A DNA stretch of 63,259 bases, counting the filler, from Octopus bimaculoides (lineage: Eukaryota), in assembly GCF_001194135.2 (NCBI RefSeq). It is 7 parts of 5 records of this genome, joined end to end, with 100 filler letters (N's around TTAATTAATTAA, not from the genome) between each part and the next. Parts side by side here need not be neighbours in the genome. Positions count along the whole stretch, not along the records: positions 6,107 to 26,288 come from NC_068981.1; 6 more parts are not named here. One strand, given 5' to 3'. The notes under the pieces were generated by a model. The model made no database searches and was not told the origin of the DNA. It was given only the letters and a program-made list of their open reading frames with translations. Numbering within the stretch: the first letter of the stretch is position 1; every line of letters starts with the position of its first letter. Made by a program: the position numbers and the translations under genes. Below are positions 11,635-24,508 of the stretch, piece by piece.

Positions 11635-11889
11635 GTAAGGCAAACAATGCAAGACAATTAGTAAGAAATGAGCTTCAATGGTAGAATGGATAAAAAGCAC
11701 AAACAAAAACAACTGCTTGTTTGGATGGACCACCCGTACTAGTACCGTGTGCCTATATGCCTCAGTTTAACTAAGCGAATAGTTTTAGATGTTTTTGGAC
11801 ACTTAAATATGAAACAAGGAGTGTTGGTGAAGAAATATTTGCGGCTAGCAATGAATGGTTCCGTAGATTTAAGATTCACTGAAACTTAC

Positions 11890-11988
11890 CCAATGTAATG
11901 GGGATACAATTTGGCCATTTCCTGTTTCCTGAGGAATTGGAAGAAGTAGCACCGGAAACCTCCATCACAATATTGCATCTCATCATGC
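11890..11988 (-). CDS. Putative 99-nt exon (HDEMQYCDGGFRCYFFQFLRKQEMAKLYPHYIG, or an alternative open frame)
   Basis: Acceptor CAAAG|G with a CTTAAC branch-like motif; donor GG|GTAAGT; length divisible by 3; two of three frames open. Confidence 0.35.
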
Positions 11989-12054
11989 CTTTGCATGCGA
12001 AGTTAAGTAAACAGTCGTACCTCAATCAACACAATACACTACTACAATATCCTG

Positions 12055-12138
12055 CTATCCCTCCTCCTCCTCCTCACTGTCACTACCATCATCCTTTTCA
12101 ACAACACCAACTCCACCATCACCACCACCACCAAGGCT

Positions 12139-12185
<47 letters not shown>

Positions 12186-12335
12186 CATCAAGATCATGAT
12201 CATTCTCACAACCAATACGGCGACCATCACCACCGCCATCATCCCCATTTTCACCAACAGTATCACCATCATAGCCGCCGCTGCCGCAGTAGTTATTACG
12301 ACGACGATGACGACGACCGCCACCATATATTGCAT
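12055..12335. repeat. Compound (CCT)/(CAC)/(CAT)/(GAC) trinucleotide microsatellite
   Basis: Direct reading. It explains the His-rich, Asp-rich and Met-rich ORFs. Confidence 0.9.
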
Positions 12336-13468
12336 TGAGTAACGATAGGTATACAGATTGAAATTTTTTTAAAAGGTAAGGCAGAACGTCACGGCTGGAA
12401 TGCTTTTCATAAACTTTGTTAATCAGGGCTGATCCACGACAAAACACGTGATATTCGGACGAAAAGAAAGCTACTGAAGACATTTTGCAAGGAAGGGTAT
12501 ATAACTTCCAATGTCAGACGTACAAAAGACCAACAAATTTTGCAGACTATTGTAAAATACAAATAGACTGCGGGAGGGGCGGGGGAGAAAGAATGAGAGA
12601 GAGAGAGAGAGAGAGAGAGAGTGTGTTTGTGTGAGAGAGAAGGAGAAAGAGAGAGAGAGAGACGGAAGGAGTGAGAGAGAGGGAGAGAGAGAGCTACTTT
12701 GTTATGGTTGTCAAACAGATGTTTTAGTATAAGTGTATGACGCTTCAAGAATGATATGTTGGTTTTAACGCTGGATTATTGGCTTAAATATTTGTAAAGT
12801 TTTTGTATACAGATTTAATTTGGATTATTCAGTTGAAATTTTATCAAGAATTGTTGACTTGCACAAAACCTCGTCAAAACNNNNNNNNNNNNNNNNNNNN
12901 NNNNNNNNNNNNNNNNNNNNNNNNNNNNNNNNNNNNNNNNNNNNNNNNNNNNNNNNNNNNNNNNNNNNNNNNNNNNNNNNNNNNNNNNNNNNNNNNNNNN
13001 NNNNNNNNNNNNNNNNNNNNNNNNNNNNNNNNNNNNNNNNNNNNNNNNNNNNNNNNNNNNNNNNNNNNNNNNNNNNNNNNNNNNNNNNNNNNNNNNNNNN
13101 NNNNNNNNNNNNNNNNNNNNNNNNNNNNNNNNNNNNNNNNNNNNNNNNNNNNNNNNNNNNNNNNNNNNNNNNNNNNNNNNNNNNNNNNNNNNNNNNNNNN
13201 NNNNNNNNNNNNNNNNNNNNNNNNNNNNNNNNNNNNNNNNNNNNNNNNNNNNNNNNNNNNNNNNNNNNNNNNNNNNNNNNNNNNNNNNNNNNNNNNNNNN
13301 NNNNNNNNNNNNNNNNNNNNNNNNNNNNNNNNNNNNNNNNNNNNNNNNNNNNNNNNNNNNNNNNNNNNNNNNNNNNNNNNNNNNNNNNNNNNNNNNNNNN
13401 NNNNNNNNNNNNNNNNNNNNNNNNNNNNNNNNNNNNNNNNNNNNNNNNNNNNNNNNNNNNNNNNNNNN

Positions 13469-13519
<51 letters not shown>

Positions 13520-13548
13520 TAATAATAATAACAATAGGCAAGTTTTAC

Positions 13549-13625
<77 letters not shown>

Positions 13626-13632
13626 AAGAATG

Positions 13633-13830
13633 GTTTCAAATATAGCCACAAAGGCAGCCATTTTGAGGGCGGGGATGAGTCGATTACGTCGACCTCAGTG
13701 TTTCACTGGTACTTAATTTATCGACCCCCCCGAAAGAATGAAAGGCAAAGTCAGCCACGGTGGAATTTGAAATCAGAACGTAAAAACGGACGAAATGCTG
13801 GTAAGTATTTTGTCCGGCTTCTGCCGGCTC
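13633..13830 (-). mobile_element. SINE family 2 copy
   Basis: Reverse complement of the TTCTGA-TTCAAATTCC...GACTTTGCCTTTCAT...GTCGATAAATTAAGTACCAG core; ends in a (TTA)/(TTC) tract. Confidence 0.8.
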
Positions 13831-14872
13831 GAGGAAATGTAAGCAACTACGTTGTTTCTTGCTCATTTCCACTGCGTAACATGTTGAGTGTGTATCTTCT
13901 ACTATAGTCACAGGCCGACCAAAGCCTTGTGAGTGATTGTAGTAGAGGGAAATTGTGTAGAAGCCTGTCGTATATATATATATATATCATATATATATAT
14001 ATTATATATATANNNNNNNNNNNNNNNNNNNNNNNNNNNNNNNNNNNNNNNNNNNNNNNNNNNNNNNNNNNNNNNNNNNNNNNNNNNNNNNNNNNNNNNN
14101 NNNNNNNNNNNNNNNNNNNNNNNNNNNNNNNNNNNNNNNNNNNNNNNNNNNNNNNNNNNNNNNNNNNNNNNNNNNNNNNNNNNNNNNNNNNNNNNNNNNN
14201 NNNNNNNNNNNNNNNNNNNNNNNNNNNNNNNNNNNNNNNNNNNNNNNNNNNNNNNNNNNNNNNNNNNNNNNNNNNNNNNNNNNNNNNNNNNNNNNNNNNN
14301 NNNNNNNNNNNNNNNNNNNNNNNNNNNNNNNNNNNNNNNNNNNNNNNNNNNNNNNNNNNNNNNNNNNNNNNNNNNNNNNNNNNNNNNNNNNNNNNNNNNN
14401 NNNNNNNNNNNNNNNNNNNNNNNNNNNNNNNNNNNNNNNNNNNNNNNNNNNNNNNNNNNNNNNNNNNNNNNNNNNNNNNNNNNNNNNNNNNNNNNNNNNN
14501 NNNNNNNNNNNNNNNNNNNNNNNNNNNNNNNNNNNNNNNNNNNNNNNNNNNNNNNNNNNNNNNNNNNNNNNNNNNNNNNNNNNNNNNNNNNNNNNNNNNN
14601 NNNNNNNNNNNNNNNNNNNNNNNNNNNNNNNNNNNNNNNNNNNNNNNNNNNNNNNNNNNNNNNNNNNNNNNNNNNNNNNNNNNNNNNNNNNNNNNNNNNN
14701 NNNNNNNNNNNNNNNNNNNNNNNNNNNNNNNNNNNNNNNNNNNNNNNNNNNNNNNNNNNNNNNNNNNNNNNNNNNNNNNNNNNNNNNNNNNNNNNNNNNN
14801 NNNNNNNNNNNNNNNNNNNNNNNNNNNNNNNNNNNNNNNNNNNNNNNNNNNNNNNNNNNNNNNNNNNNNNNN

Positions 14873-14930
14873 AACGCTCGGGATAGAGGAAGTCTTTAAC
14901 GTTTCGATCCTACGCTCTTCAACAGAAAGG
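14873..14930 (-). ncRNA. Hammerhead-like motif, family B, variant core
   Basis: Minus strand CTTT-CTGTTGA-A-GAGCgtagGATC-GAAA-CG-TT-AAAG (14894-14929). About 90% identical to 24133-24190. Confidence 0.5.
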
Positions 14931-15005
14931 AACACAGAAAGAAACAAGGAGAGAAACAAGGAAAGAAAAAGATAGGTGTAGTGGTCAACGATCTATCATA
15001 GCGAA

Positions 15006-15046
<41 letters not shown>

Positions 15047-15435
15047 TGTGTGTGTGTGCGTGTACAAATGTGAAAGAGTCTATGTTTGTCGTCGCGTCAT
15101 CACTTGATAACCGGTGCTGTTTCTTTTTTTTTTATTCCCCGTAACTTAGCAGTTTGGCAAAATAGCCCGTTGTAATGTTTCAGGCTTAAAAATGAATACT
15201 GGGGCTATTTATTCAACTAAATCTTTCGAAGCGATACCTGGGCGAGGCCGTACTCCAAGGAGTTAAACACGTAAAAGATATAATGATGAAATGAATGAAT
15301 AAATAAATAAATAAATAAATAAATAAACAAGCAAATAAATAAATAAATAAAAGAACAAAGAAAAATAACTGAAATGGACCATTAGGATGAATTCTCATAT
15401 GAGAAGTTAAACTGAAATCTGAATAGGTTCGTAGG

Positions 15436-15470
15436 CTGTGAAGACATGAGAGTCGAAACGTTTTGAATAA
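15436..15470 (+). ncRNA. Degenerate minimal hammerhead-like motif followed by AATAAA
   Basis: CTG-TGA-A-GACatgagaGTC-GAAA-CG-TT. The core lacks A6 and stem I is poor. Confidence 0.35.
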
Positions 15471-15610
15471 ATCCTTTCGTTGGAAAGAGGCCATTTTGTG
15501 CTAAGTTTATGGTACTACTGGAAATGAATGAATAAATGAATGAATGAATCAGTCTACCTGGCTGTTTGTTCTTCCATCCACCCATCTTTCCATACATCCA
15601 CCTGTCCGCC

Positions 15611-15704
<94 letters not shown>

Positions 15705-16804
15705 CCAAAAAGCATTNNNNNNNNNNNNNNNNNNNNNNNNNNNNNNNNNNNNNNNNNNNNNNNNNNNNNNNNNNNNNNNNNNNNNNNNNNNNNNNNNNNN
15801 NNNNNNNNNNNNNNNNNNNNNNNNNNNNNNNNNNNNNNNNNNNNNNNNNNNNNNNNNNNNNNNNNNNNNNNNNNNNNNNNNNNNNNNNNNNNNNNNNNNN
15901 NNNNNNNNNNNNNNNNNNNNNNNNNNNNNNNNNNNNNNNNNNNNNNNNNNNNNNNNNNNNNNNNNNNNNNNNNNNNNNNNNNNNNNNNNNNNNNNNNNNN
16001 NNNNNNNNNNNNNNNNNNNNNNNNNNNNNNNNNNNNNNNNNNNNNNNNNNNNNNNNNNNNNNNNNNNNNNNNNNNNNNNNNNNNNNNNNNNNNNNNNNNN
16101 NNNNNNNNNNNNNNNNNNNNNNNNNNNNNNNNNNNNNNNNNNNNNNNNNNNNNNNNNNNNNNNNNNNNNNNNNNNNNNNNNNNNNNNNNNNNNNNNNNNN
16201 NNNNNNNNNNNNNNNNNNNNNNNNNNNNNNNNNNNNNNNNNNNNNNNNNNNNNNNNNNNNNNNNNNNNNNNNNNNNNNNNNNNNNNNNNNNNNNNNNNNN
16301 NNNNNNNNNNNNNNNNNNNNNNNNNNNNNNNNNNNNNNNNNNNNNNNNNNNNNNNNNNNNNNNNNNNNNNNNNNNNNNNNNNNNNNNNNNNNNNNNNNNN
16401 NNNNNNNNNNNNNNNNNNNNNNNNNNNNNNNNNNNNNNNNNNNNNNNNNNNNNNNNNNNNNNNNNNNNNNNCACTCACACATACCCACACACACACGAGA
16501 TTTAGAAAGCATTTTAAACACATCTTAAAATATATTTTAAAACAAAATGATAACAAGAGAAATGTTTATCTTTCTGAATAATACAAATTGAATAATGCTG
16601 AAATGTATTTGTGGGAAGTGTAAAAGAAAGGGTTGCCCTCCAAGAAATACGGTAATCGCACAAGTTTAAATAGATTCTCTTGATCCCTCTTGCAGTCCCC
16701 AACCAAACTGGCCGAGATTTAGGCTAATACAAATAATATGTGAGTATATGCATATATACGTACATGTATATACATACCTACATCTAAATGTATATATAGA
16801 TGCA

Positions 16805-16990
16805 TATCTGGGTACAAGACGTCACAAAAAACAACGAGAACAAAATGAAAAATAGAATATAAACAGAGCACGGAAAGCAAACAGGCCACATAAAGAACAT
16901 TTCCTTCATCACATGCCTCTAATGTAAACTAAGCGTTTCGAAGAGTTAAGGCAGGACGCATTGTTAGAATAGCTCTTCCCGCGGAAACAA
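16805..16990 (-). mobile_element. Probable Penelope pLTR-like remnant, family D
   Basis: GAAGAG...CTCTTC-GAAAC followed by TGATGAAGG. Similar layout at 54715-54880 (-) and 47345-47520. Two of the three abut (TA)/(TACA) tracts. Confidence 0.4.
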
Positions 16991-17116
16991 ATTAAATTAA
17001 ATAAAATTTGAAATGCGGAGGAATTAAGTGGCAAACAGAAAACACGACAGGAAAACGAAACAGTGAAAATAAACAAGAAGGCCAGACGTGAAAAAAATAA
17101 CTGTATACTGAACGCT

Positions 17117-17154
<38 letters not shown>

Positions 17155-17216
17155 NNNNNNNNNNNNNNNNNNNNNNNNNNNNNNNNNNNNNNNNNNNNNN
17201 NNNNNNNNNNNNNNNN

Positions 17217-17266
<50 letters not shown>

Positions 17267-17465
17267 GCAAAGCTGGATGAACAGGCATCTGATACATTGA
17301 CAAACAGATTAAACATATAACTACAAGCAGACATACATAGATAAACAGATAGATTCGTACAAATAGACATAAGGACATACGGAGAGACAAACATATTTGC
17401 AGAAATACACGTAAGCACATACACAGAGTAGGAGAGGAGAAGAGAGAAGGAGAGGTATTGAAGAA

Positions 17466-17515
<50 letters not shown>

Positions 17516-17595
17516 AGCGAGGAGGAGAAAGAGAGACGACTAACAGATCGAACGTCGGCCGGCATGGTATGGCGTTATCAAAATCATTCACTTAC

Positions 17596-17620
17596 ACTGC
17601 TATGACATCGGAGATATTAA
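17596..17620 (-). other. Candidate 25-nt microexon, or the 3' end of a longer first exon
   Basis: TTTGTTTGTTTTATATTTTAG|TTAATATCTCCGATGTCATAGCAGT|GTAAGT. Only one frame is open (NISDVIAV). Confidence 0.25.
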
Positions 17621-18113
17621 CTAAAATATAAAACAAACAAATACGAGTTAATACAACAGCAATGACTAAAAACAACAATAACAACAACAACAACAACAGT
17701 AGCCACGACGAAAGCAAATAAAAACAAAAGACGACAAAGACAAAAGCCAAAAAGAAACAGCAAATCTGATTATAACATAATGGAGCTGCGAACTACATCA
17801 GTATTTGCAGCTAAAGTTGAGCATAAAACGCTTGAGCAATCGTCTGGATACTGATATAACGTTGATGAGAATGAAAAGAGCAGACGAGTGAGTGAAATGT
17901 GAGAGTGAGTGGGTGAGTTCGTAAGTGGATGAGTGAGTGAATGGATGAGTGAGTGAGTGTGTGAGTGAGTGAAGACGAGTGGGCAGCGGCCGGGGAAAAA
18001 AACAAGCAAGGTTGGGTGGGATTTGGATAGAGCTAGAAGAGTGAAGTAAAGGGAAAATAAAGACGAGTTATGTTGCAGATTATAAATACGATGGAGAGGC
18101 TGATGTTAGATAG

Positions 18114-18144
<31 letters not shown>

Positions 18145-18686
18145 GATAGATAGATAGAAAGAGTCAGTGGATGTCTGGTTTAGTTAGAAAAGAGCAGATA
18201 AGAGTGGGAGTGAGTGAGGGCAAAGAGTTTTAGATAACATTAAAAGTAAAATAAGATAAAAATAAAATAAAATAAGATAAAATAAAAATTAGTCTTTTTT
18301 GAATATACATAGATGAGAAAGTTGGTTGTTGTGTGTGGGCGAATGGATGATGGTTAAATGGGTGAGAATAATAGGGATGCGTATATATGTGTATATATAT
18401 ATACATACATATATATATACATACATACATACATANNNNNNNNNNNNNNNNNNNNNNNNNNNNNNNNNNNNNNNNNNNNNNNNNNNNNNNNNNNNNNNNN
18501 NNNNNNNNNNNNNNNNNNNNNNNNNNNNNNNNNNNNNNNNNNNNNNNNNNNNNNNNNNNNNNNNNNNNNNNNNNNNNNNNNNNNNNNNNNNNNNNNNNNN
18601 NNNNNNNNNNNNNNNNNNNNNNNNNNNNNNNNNNNNNNNNNNNNNNNNNNNNNNNNNNNNNNNNNNNNNNNNNNNNNNNNNNNNNN

Positions 18687-19927
18687 ACGCAGTTTTTTCA
18701 ATGGCATGACCTAAAAGCCGAAGGGGGACGGGATAAACTACCTGCATTAACTTGCTATGAAAGCAGGTAGTAATTTTTCCTTGTACTTATTCTTAGTGCA
18801 AGTTTTGAAGAGTGCAGTTCGATTTTAACAATTATTTTTTCAAAACTATAATGGAAGAGTCAAAGGATCATATTTGCGCATATTTTGCTTTATGAGTTCA
18901 ATAAAGGCAACAAAGCAACGGAAAGTGCGTGATATATTAATGCAGAATATAGGGTTCGGACAATAAACGTAAGCCATTGTCAACAGGGGTTCCAGGAATT
19001 CCGAGCCGGAAACTACAACCTGGAAAACGAACTTTGTCCTGGAAGCTCGACGAGGACATCCTGCAGATCTTCGTGAAACAAAATCCCATCGTGTCTGTTG
19101 AGGAACTAGCAGAGAAGCTTGGATTTGGTAATTCAACTATTCATCGATACCTGCATGCCATCGGAAAAGTCAGCAAATTGGGTCAATGGGCTCCTCACAA
19201 ACTTTCAAAATCTAATCACGCGCAGAGACAGAATGTGTGCTCTTTTTTGCTGTCACGTCTAACGAATGAACCTTCTTTGGACCGAATAGTGACTGGTGAC
19301 GAGAAATGGGTTCTCTATAAAAATGTGAAGACCCGAAGACGGTGGGTAGGGAAAGGAGAAACACCGGCACCCCAGGCTAAAGAAAGTCTTCATCCACGTA
19401 AGGTGTTGTTATCTATTTGGTGAGTTATGAAAGGTCTAGTCCCCTTTGAACTTTTAAACCCAAACCAAATGATAACAAAGGAGATCTGCTGCAAGCAGCT
19501 TGAAGAAAAACGACCATCTTTGGTTTCAAGACGAAAGGTGTTCTTCCATCAAGATAATGCTCGACCACATACAGTGAGGATGACATTCGAAAGCTGGAGC
19601 GGTTTGAATAGGAAACGATGCCCCACACACCATATTCGTCAGACATTTCCCCATCTGATTATCATTTATTCCGCTGTCTTCAAAATCATCTGAACGGAAA
19701 AAATATGAATTCTGTACCCGAAGTCAAAACAATACTTGAGGAGTATTTTTTGTCACAGACAAGTGAATTTTGGAAGAGGGGCCTTGCAAGTCTACCAGAT
19801 AGATGGAAGAGCATTGTAGAACATGAAAGAGAGTATATTTTAGATTAAAAAAGAACGATGTCTACCTTAATTTTGAAAAATAAAAGAAGTATAAAAAAAA
19901 CTGCATTATTTATGAGATGACCCGATA
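18687..19927 (+). mobile_element. Mariner transposon, near full length, with inactivated transposase (18851-19848)
   Basis: Motifs WAPHKL, TGDEKW, HQDNARPH and YSSDISPSDYHLF, with frameshifts and stops. Right TIR CTGCATTATTTATGAGATGACCCGATA then TA; the inner part of the left TIR is at the gap edge. Confidence 0.95.
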
Positions 19928-19950
19928 TATACACACACACACTCACACAC

Positions 19951-20000
<50 letters not shown>

Positions 20001-20958
20001 GTATGTATGTGTGTGTGTGTGTATGTGTGTGTGTGTATGTATATATATATACATACATACACTCATATATAGGTATATGTCGATATACACATATATGAGT
20101 ATACACACACACACAAACATATATATAAGTATATGTCGATATACATACATATATGAGTATATATATATACACACACACATATACGTACATATATAAGCAC
20201 ATACATATATGCATATAAACACATATACGTACATACACACAAATATATCCATACACACAGCGCCAAGTTGATATTTCATATTTGCTTGTTCAATGTGATT
20301 TTCCTGAGCTGTTTTCACTCAGTTCCATATAACCAGTTCCATATTATCATGTAATCGTATGTTACGACTCTAAATAACTGATCATCAAGTATTTATCAAG
20401 CATTTTGTGCTGTTATGCTTCTGATTAGATTTCCAACACCTATTTAAATCCCCAACCTCATATACATATAGATAAATATGTGGTGTCACTCAAATCGTAA
20501 CCAAGTAAGACCATTTCCTAAATCTGGTCACACACTCATATATATATATATATATATATATATANNNNNNNNNNNNNNNNNNNNNNNNNNNNNNNNNNNN
20601 NNNNNNNNNNNNNNNNNNNNNNNNNNNNNNNNNNNNNNNNNNNNNNNNNNNNNNNNNNNNNNNNNNNNNNNNNNNNNNNNNNNNNNNNNNNNNNNNNNNN
20701 NNNNNNNNNNNNNNNNNNNNNNNNNNNNNNNNNNNNNNNNNNNNNNNNNNNNNNNNNNNNNNNNNNNNNNNNNNNNNNNNNNNNNNNNNNNNNNNNNNNN
20801 NNNNNNNNNNNNNNNNNNNNNNNNNNNNNNNNNNNNNNNNNNNNNNNNNNNNNNNNNNNNNNNNNNNNNNNNNNNNNNNNNNNNNNNNNNNNNNNNNNNN
20901 NNNNNNNNNNNNNNNNNNNNNNNNNNNNNNNNNNNNNNNNNNNNNNNNNNNNNNNNNA

Positions 20959-21053
20959 AGAAGTACTGTCTCGAAAGTAATGGCAGCCTTTAAAAAAGCG
21001 GGAAAAACCTCCTCGTCGAAAAAAACTCCGGAAGGAAACCAAAAGTCCTTTAA
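20959..21053 (+). mobile_element. Tc1-like transposase N-terminal fragment
   Basis: STVSKVMAAFKKAGKTSSSKKNSGRKPK resembles the paired-like HTH / GRPR region of Tc1 transposases. Confidence 0.5.
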
Positions 21054-22479
21054 ATTGTTATGAGTTATAAAAGTATGTATTATTCATCATGATCAGAATG
21101 CTTTTGATAGTAGCTGTTGGGGTTGCGGTACTTGTGGTGTTGGGGGTTGACGAGGATAATAGAGATTGGATATGTTGATTTTCTTATTCAAAGATTTTAA
21201 CAGAAGGAAGAGTTGGAGTATATGACCTTCTCTAGCTCTCAGTAACAGATGACTCCGATGTAGTTGATCCGATGTTGATCAATTGTAAGAGGACAAACTT
21301 CAGAATAGACATGCTATGGAAGGGCAATTCCATGCACTTGGCAATCTAAGAAGTACAAATCAGGCCTAGTGGTGTTTAATAAACTGTTTTTAATTGCTGG
21401 GGTGGTAGAGGGCATAGGACCGTATGAGTGAGGGGTGAAGATGCATATTTGTTGAATGAGCTTGGGTGGCGGATAGCTAACTCACTCTGTAGAGCATTTT
21501 CATTTGTAAATTATGTTGAGAAGGAAAAGAAAGGAGTTACATCATTAACACGCTAATATAATCCAGATCTGACCAACTACGTCGAATGATAGGGAGCATA
21601 TAGAATTGTGAAGGATAAACAATTACACGGTACCTCAATTGATAGGTAAATCCTGAGTTCGCTTCACTAGATTTCATACAGCATACAAAGAATATATTCA
21701 AGGCATGATACAGAAGAATGGAGAATTATACATCTTCAAAATTTGTTTATTTCAGTTTTATTCTCATTAAATTCCTATTAAATTCCAATCCGACACGTGT
21801 TTTTGTTGGATAGGTGTCCTAAAGTCTTTTGAATTAGCATTTATGTGCATTTAGTTGGTTCAGTTGCAGTATATATTCATCCAAGGTAGACATTCCTATG
21901 CAACTTTGTTCAAGGTTTTATCCATACGGGTGGATGAAGCGAACTGAGGATTCCAGTGTTAGATATATTCTAGACGAGGGATCATAAAATCTAAGGGTAC
22001 ATGACAATAGAGTTTACTTTGAAATACGATACAGTTATAATTCTAGTATCATTTAGATTTTTTAGAATTTAAGATTATAGAATATTTTATAAACTATGTA
22101 GTAGAAACAACCTTAATTAGGTCAGGATGCATTCAATGACCACTCATTATAAGGTTAAAATGATAACATATAAGAGAAATAGATAGATTTAAAAGGAATC
22201 GAAAGAAAGAGGAAATAAAGGGGAAATAAGTCAACAGAGGAAATAAATAACGTTTTAGTACGGGTGTTCAGAGCAGTCTATAGTAATAAAATTTTATACT
22301 TTCTTGAATATTCGAAGTGTAGTATTGGTTGAGATGAGTAAAGTTGAAATTCTATTCATATTTAGTCCCAATCCACAAAAGAACATTATAATTTTGAGGT
22401 TTCTTGTAAGATTGTTAAAATCTAAATAGAAAACAACAAAAATAATATCATATTTTCCAGTATAGAAGTCTTCGTATTG

Positions 22480-22542
22480 TTGTTGGCACTTGTACGTCGG
22501 TTACGACGTCGAGGGTTCCAGTTGATCCGATCAACGGAACAG
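22480..22542 (-). mobile_element. SINE family 3, 3' end; the rest lies in the gap
   Basis: Reverse complement CTGTTCCGTTGATCGGATCAACTGGAACCCTCGACGTCGTAACCGACG matches the tail of 55039-55328. Confidence 0.65.
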
Positions 22543-22760
22543 NNNNNNNNNNNNNNNNNNNNNNNNNNNNNNNNNNNNNNNNNNNNNNNNNNNNNNNNNN
22601 NNNNNNNNNNNNNNNNNNNNNNNNNNNNNNNNNNNNNNNNNNTATATATATATATATGCGTATATATGTATATATATGTATGCACATATACATATATATG
22701 TATGTATTTATATATATATTTATATATACATACATATACATACATACACACACACATACA

Positions 22761-22847
<87 letters not shown>

Positions 22848-23284
22848 TTGTTATATACGTAAGCACATATATTCGAATATAGATATTAGGGAAAATAAAC
22901 TAACAGTTACCCGTTTCAATTATTTACCACCCATAAAGACATAGAGAAACAAATATGCATATGTGTGCGAGAATGCATTTTGTCGAATGAACGTATGTAG
23001 GAGTGAAATTTTTATGTATGTATGGATGTATCTAATGTACAAACTGCTGCATTGATAATAAACATTAATTATTTCATCATTTGGCAAACTTTACACATAA
23101 GGTATACTTTTGTAATAAACATAAAATTTAAACTGTGCTGTGGAAAGTAAATATGCTGGTTATGCCACAAATTTTATCTCTTTGTGAGCAGGAAAAAAAT
23201 GCGATCGATAAAAAAAGACATACATTAACACATAAGTAAACATATATATATAAATGTGTGTATTTTACCACATGTGTGTGTATG

Positions 23285-23767
23285 TATGGGTCAAAAGAGT
23301 GGCTGCTGGAAGGGCATATCTCTGAAAACGGGACTCTGCACCATGCCACACGAGCAGGAGAACCCAGTCATAACTGTCAAACAATTTTTGCGACCACATC
23401 ACTCTTAATATCTGTCTACTTGACTCCCCAGATTGCAACCCCTTTGATTATTATGTGTGGGGCGCAGTTGAGCTAGAGACAAAAAAACCCCCCAAAAACT
23501 CCTTGAAACACCAAAGATGAATTGAAGGCAAACATTATGGCAGCATTCAACAACTCAAACAAGGAGACCGTCCAGAAGAGTTACAGGAGATTCCGAAGTC
23601 GTCTAGAGGCCATGGTTGAAGTCAATCGCGATTTTATTCAATAAATTTATTGTCTAGTATTTCAAGGTATTTTTTATGTAATTTTGGTAAATATGTCTGT
23701 TAAAATGAGATGTCAGTGTTAATTTCATTTTTGTGTAATATAGACAATTTATTCACTGCATCCCGTA
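23285..23767 (+). mobile_element. DD37D (maT-type) Tc1/mariner transposon, 3' fragment
   Basis: D-SAPCHTSRRTQ...SP/DCNPF-D-YYVWG, with 37 residues between the two Asp after correcting one frameshift. C-terminus RFRSRLEAMVEVNRDFIQ*. TIR-like end AATTTATTCACTGCATCCCGTA. Confidence 0.85.
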
Positions 23768-24055
23768 TATCTATNNNNNNNNNNNNNNNNNNNNNNNNNN
23801 NNNNNNNNNNNNNNNNNNNNNNNNNNNNNNNNNNNNNNNNNNNNNNNNNNNNNNNNNNNNNNNNNNNNNNNNNNNNNNNNNNNNNNNNNNNNNNNNNNNN
23901 NNNNNNNNNNNNNNNNNNNNNNNNNNNNNNNNNNNNNNNNNNNNNNNNNNNNNNNNNNNNNNNNNNNNNNNNNNNNNNNNNNNNNNNNNNNNNNNNNNNN
24001 NNNNNNNNNNNNNNNNNNNNNNNNNNNNNNNNNNNATATATATATATATATATAT

Positions 24056-24190
24056 AAATATATATGGGAGAATTTACGAAAAAACAAAAGACGACGACAG
24101 GTGGTGTAAACAACAAAAGGATGTATTAGTTTAACGCTCGGGAATAGAGAAAGTCTTTAACGTTTCGAGCTACGCTCTTCAACAGAAAGA
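24056..24190 (-). mobile_element. Hammerhead-bearing repeat end, family B, abutting (TA)n
   Basis: Minus strand TCTTT-CTGTTGA-A-GAGCgtaGCTC-GAAA-CG-TT-AAAGA (24154-24190), with a 5-bp stem I and a perfect 4-bp stem II. Confidence 0.55.
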
Positions 24191-24508
24191 ATAAGGAGAA
24201 AATATGGAGAAAAACACGGAGAAAAAAAACACGGAGAAAAATAATGGAGAAAAAAACACGGATGTCTGTGTGTATGTATATATGCTTACATACATATGTA
24301 TGTCAGAATACTAGAGCCATGCACATACATATGTATACATGGTCATACACACTCACACACATGCACATACACACACATACATTTATGCCTTATACACTTC
24401 ACTGTTGCGACGGACCGATGTTCCGTCCAGGTGAGGAGCCTATACACCAATGAAACCGGCCCTTATCAGCTAGGCATCGCTCGAGCGGGAACAAACAACA
24501 ACACTTAC

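Noticed and set aside
11898-12338. 146-aa His-rich ORF
   Set aside because: The His and Pro runs come from a (CAT)/(CAC)/(CCT) microsatellite, and the unique 5' part is better explained as antisense to a candidate exon.
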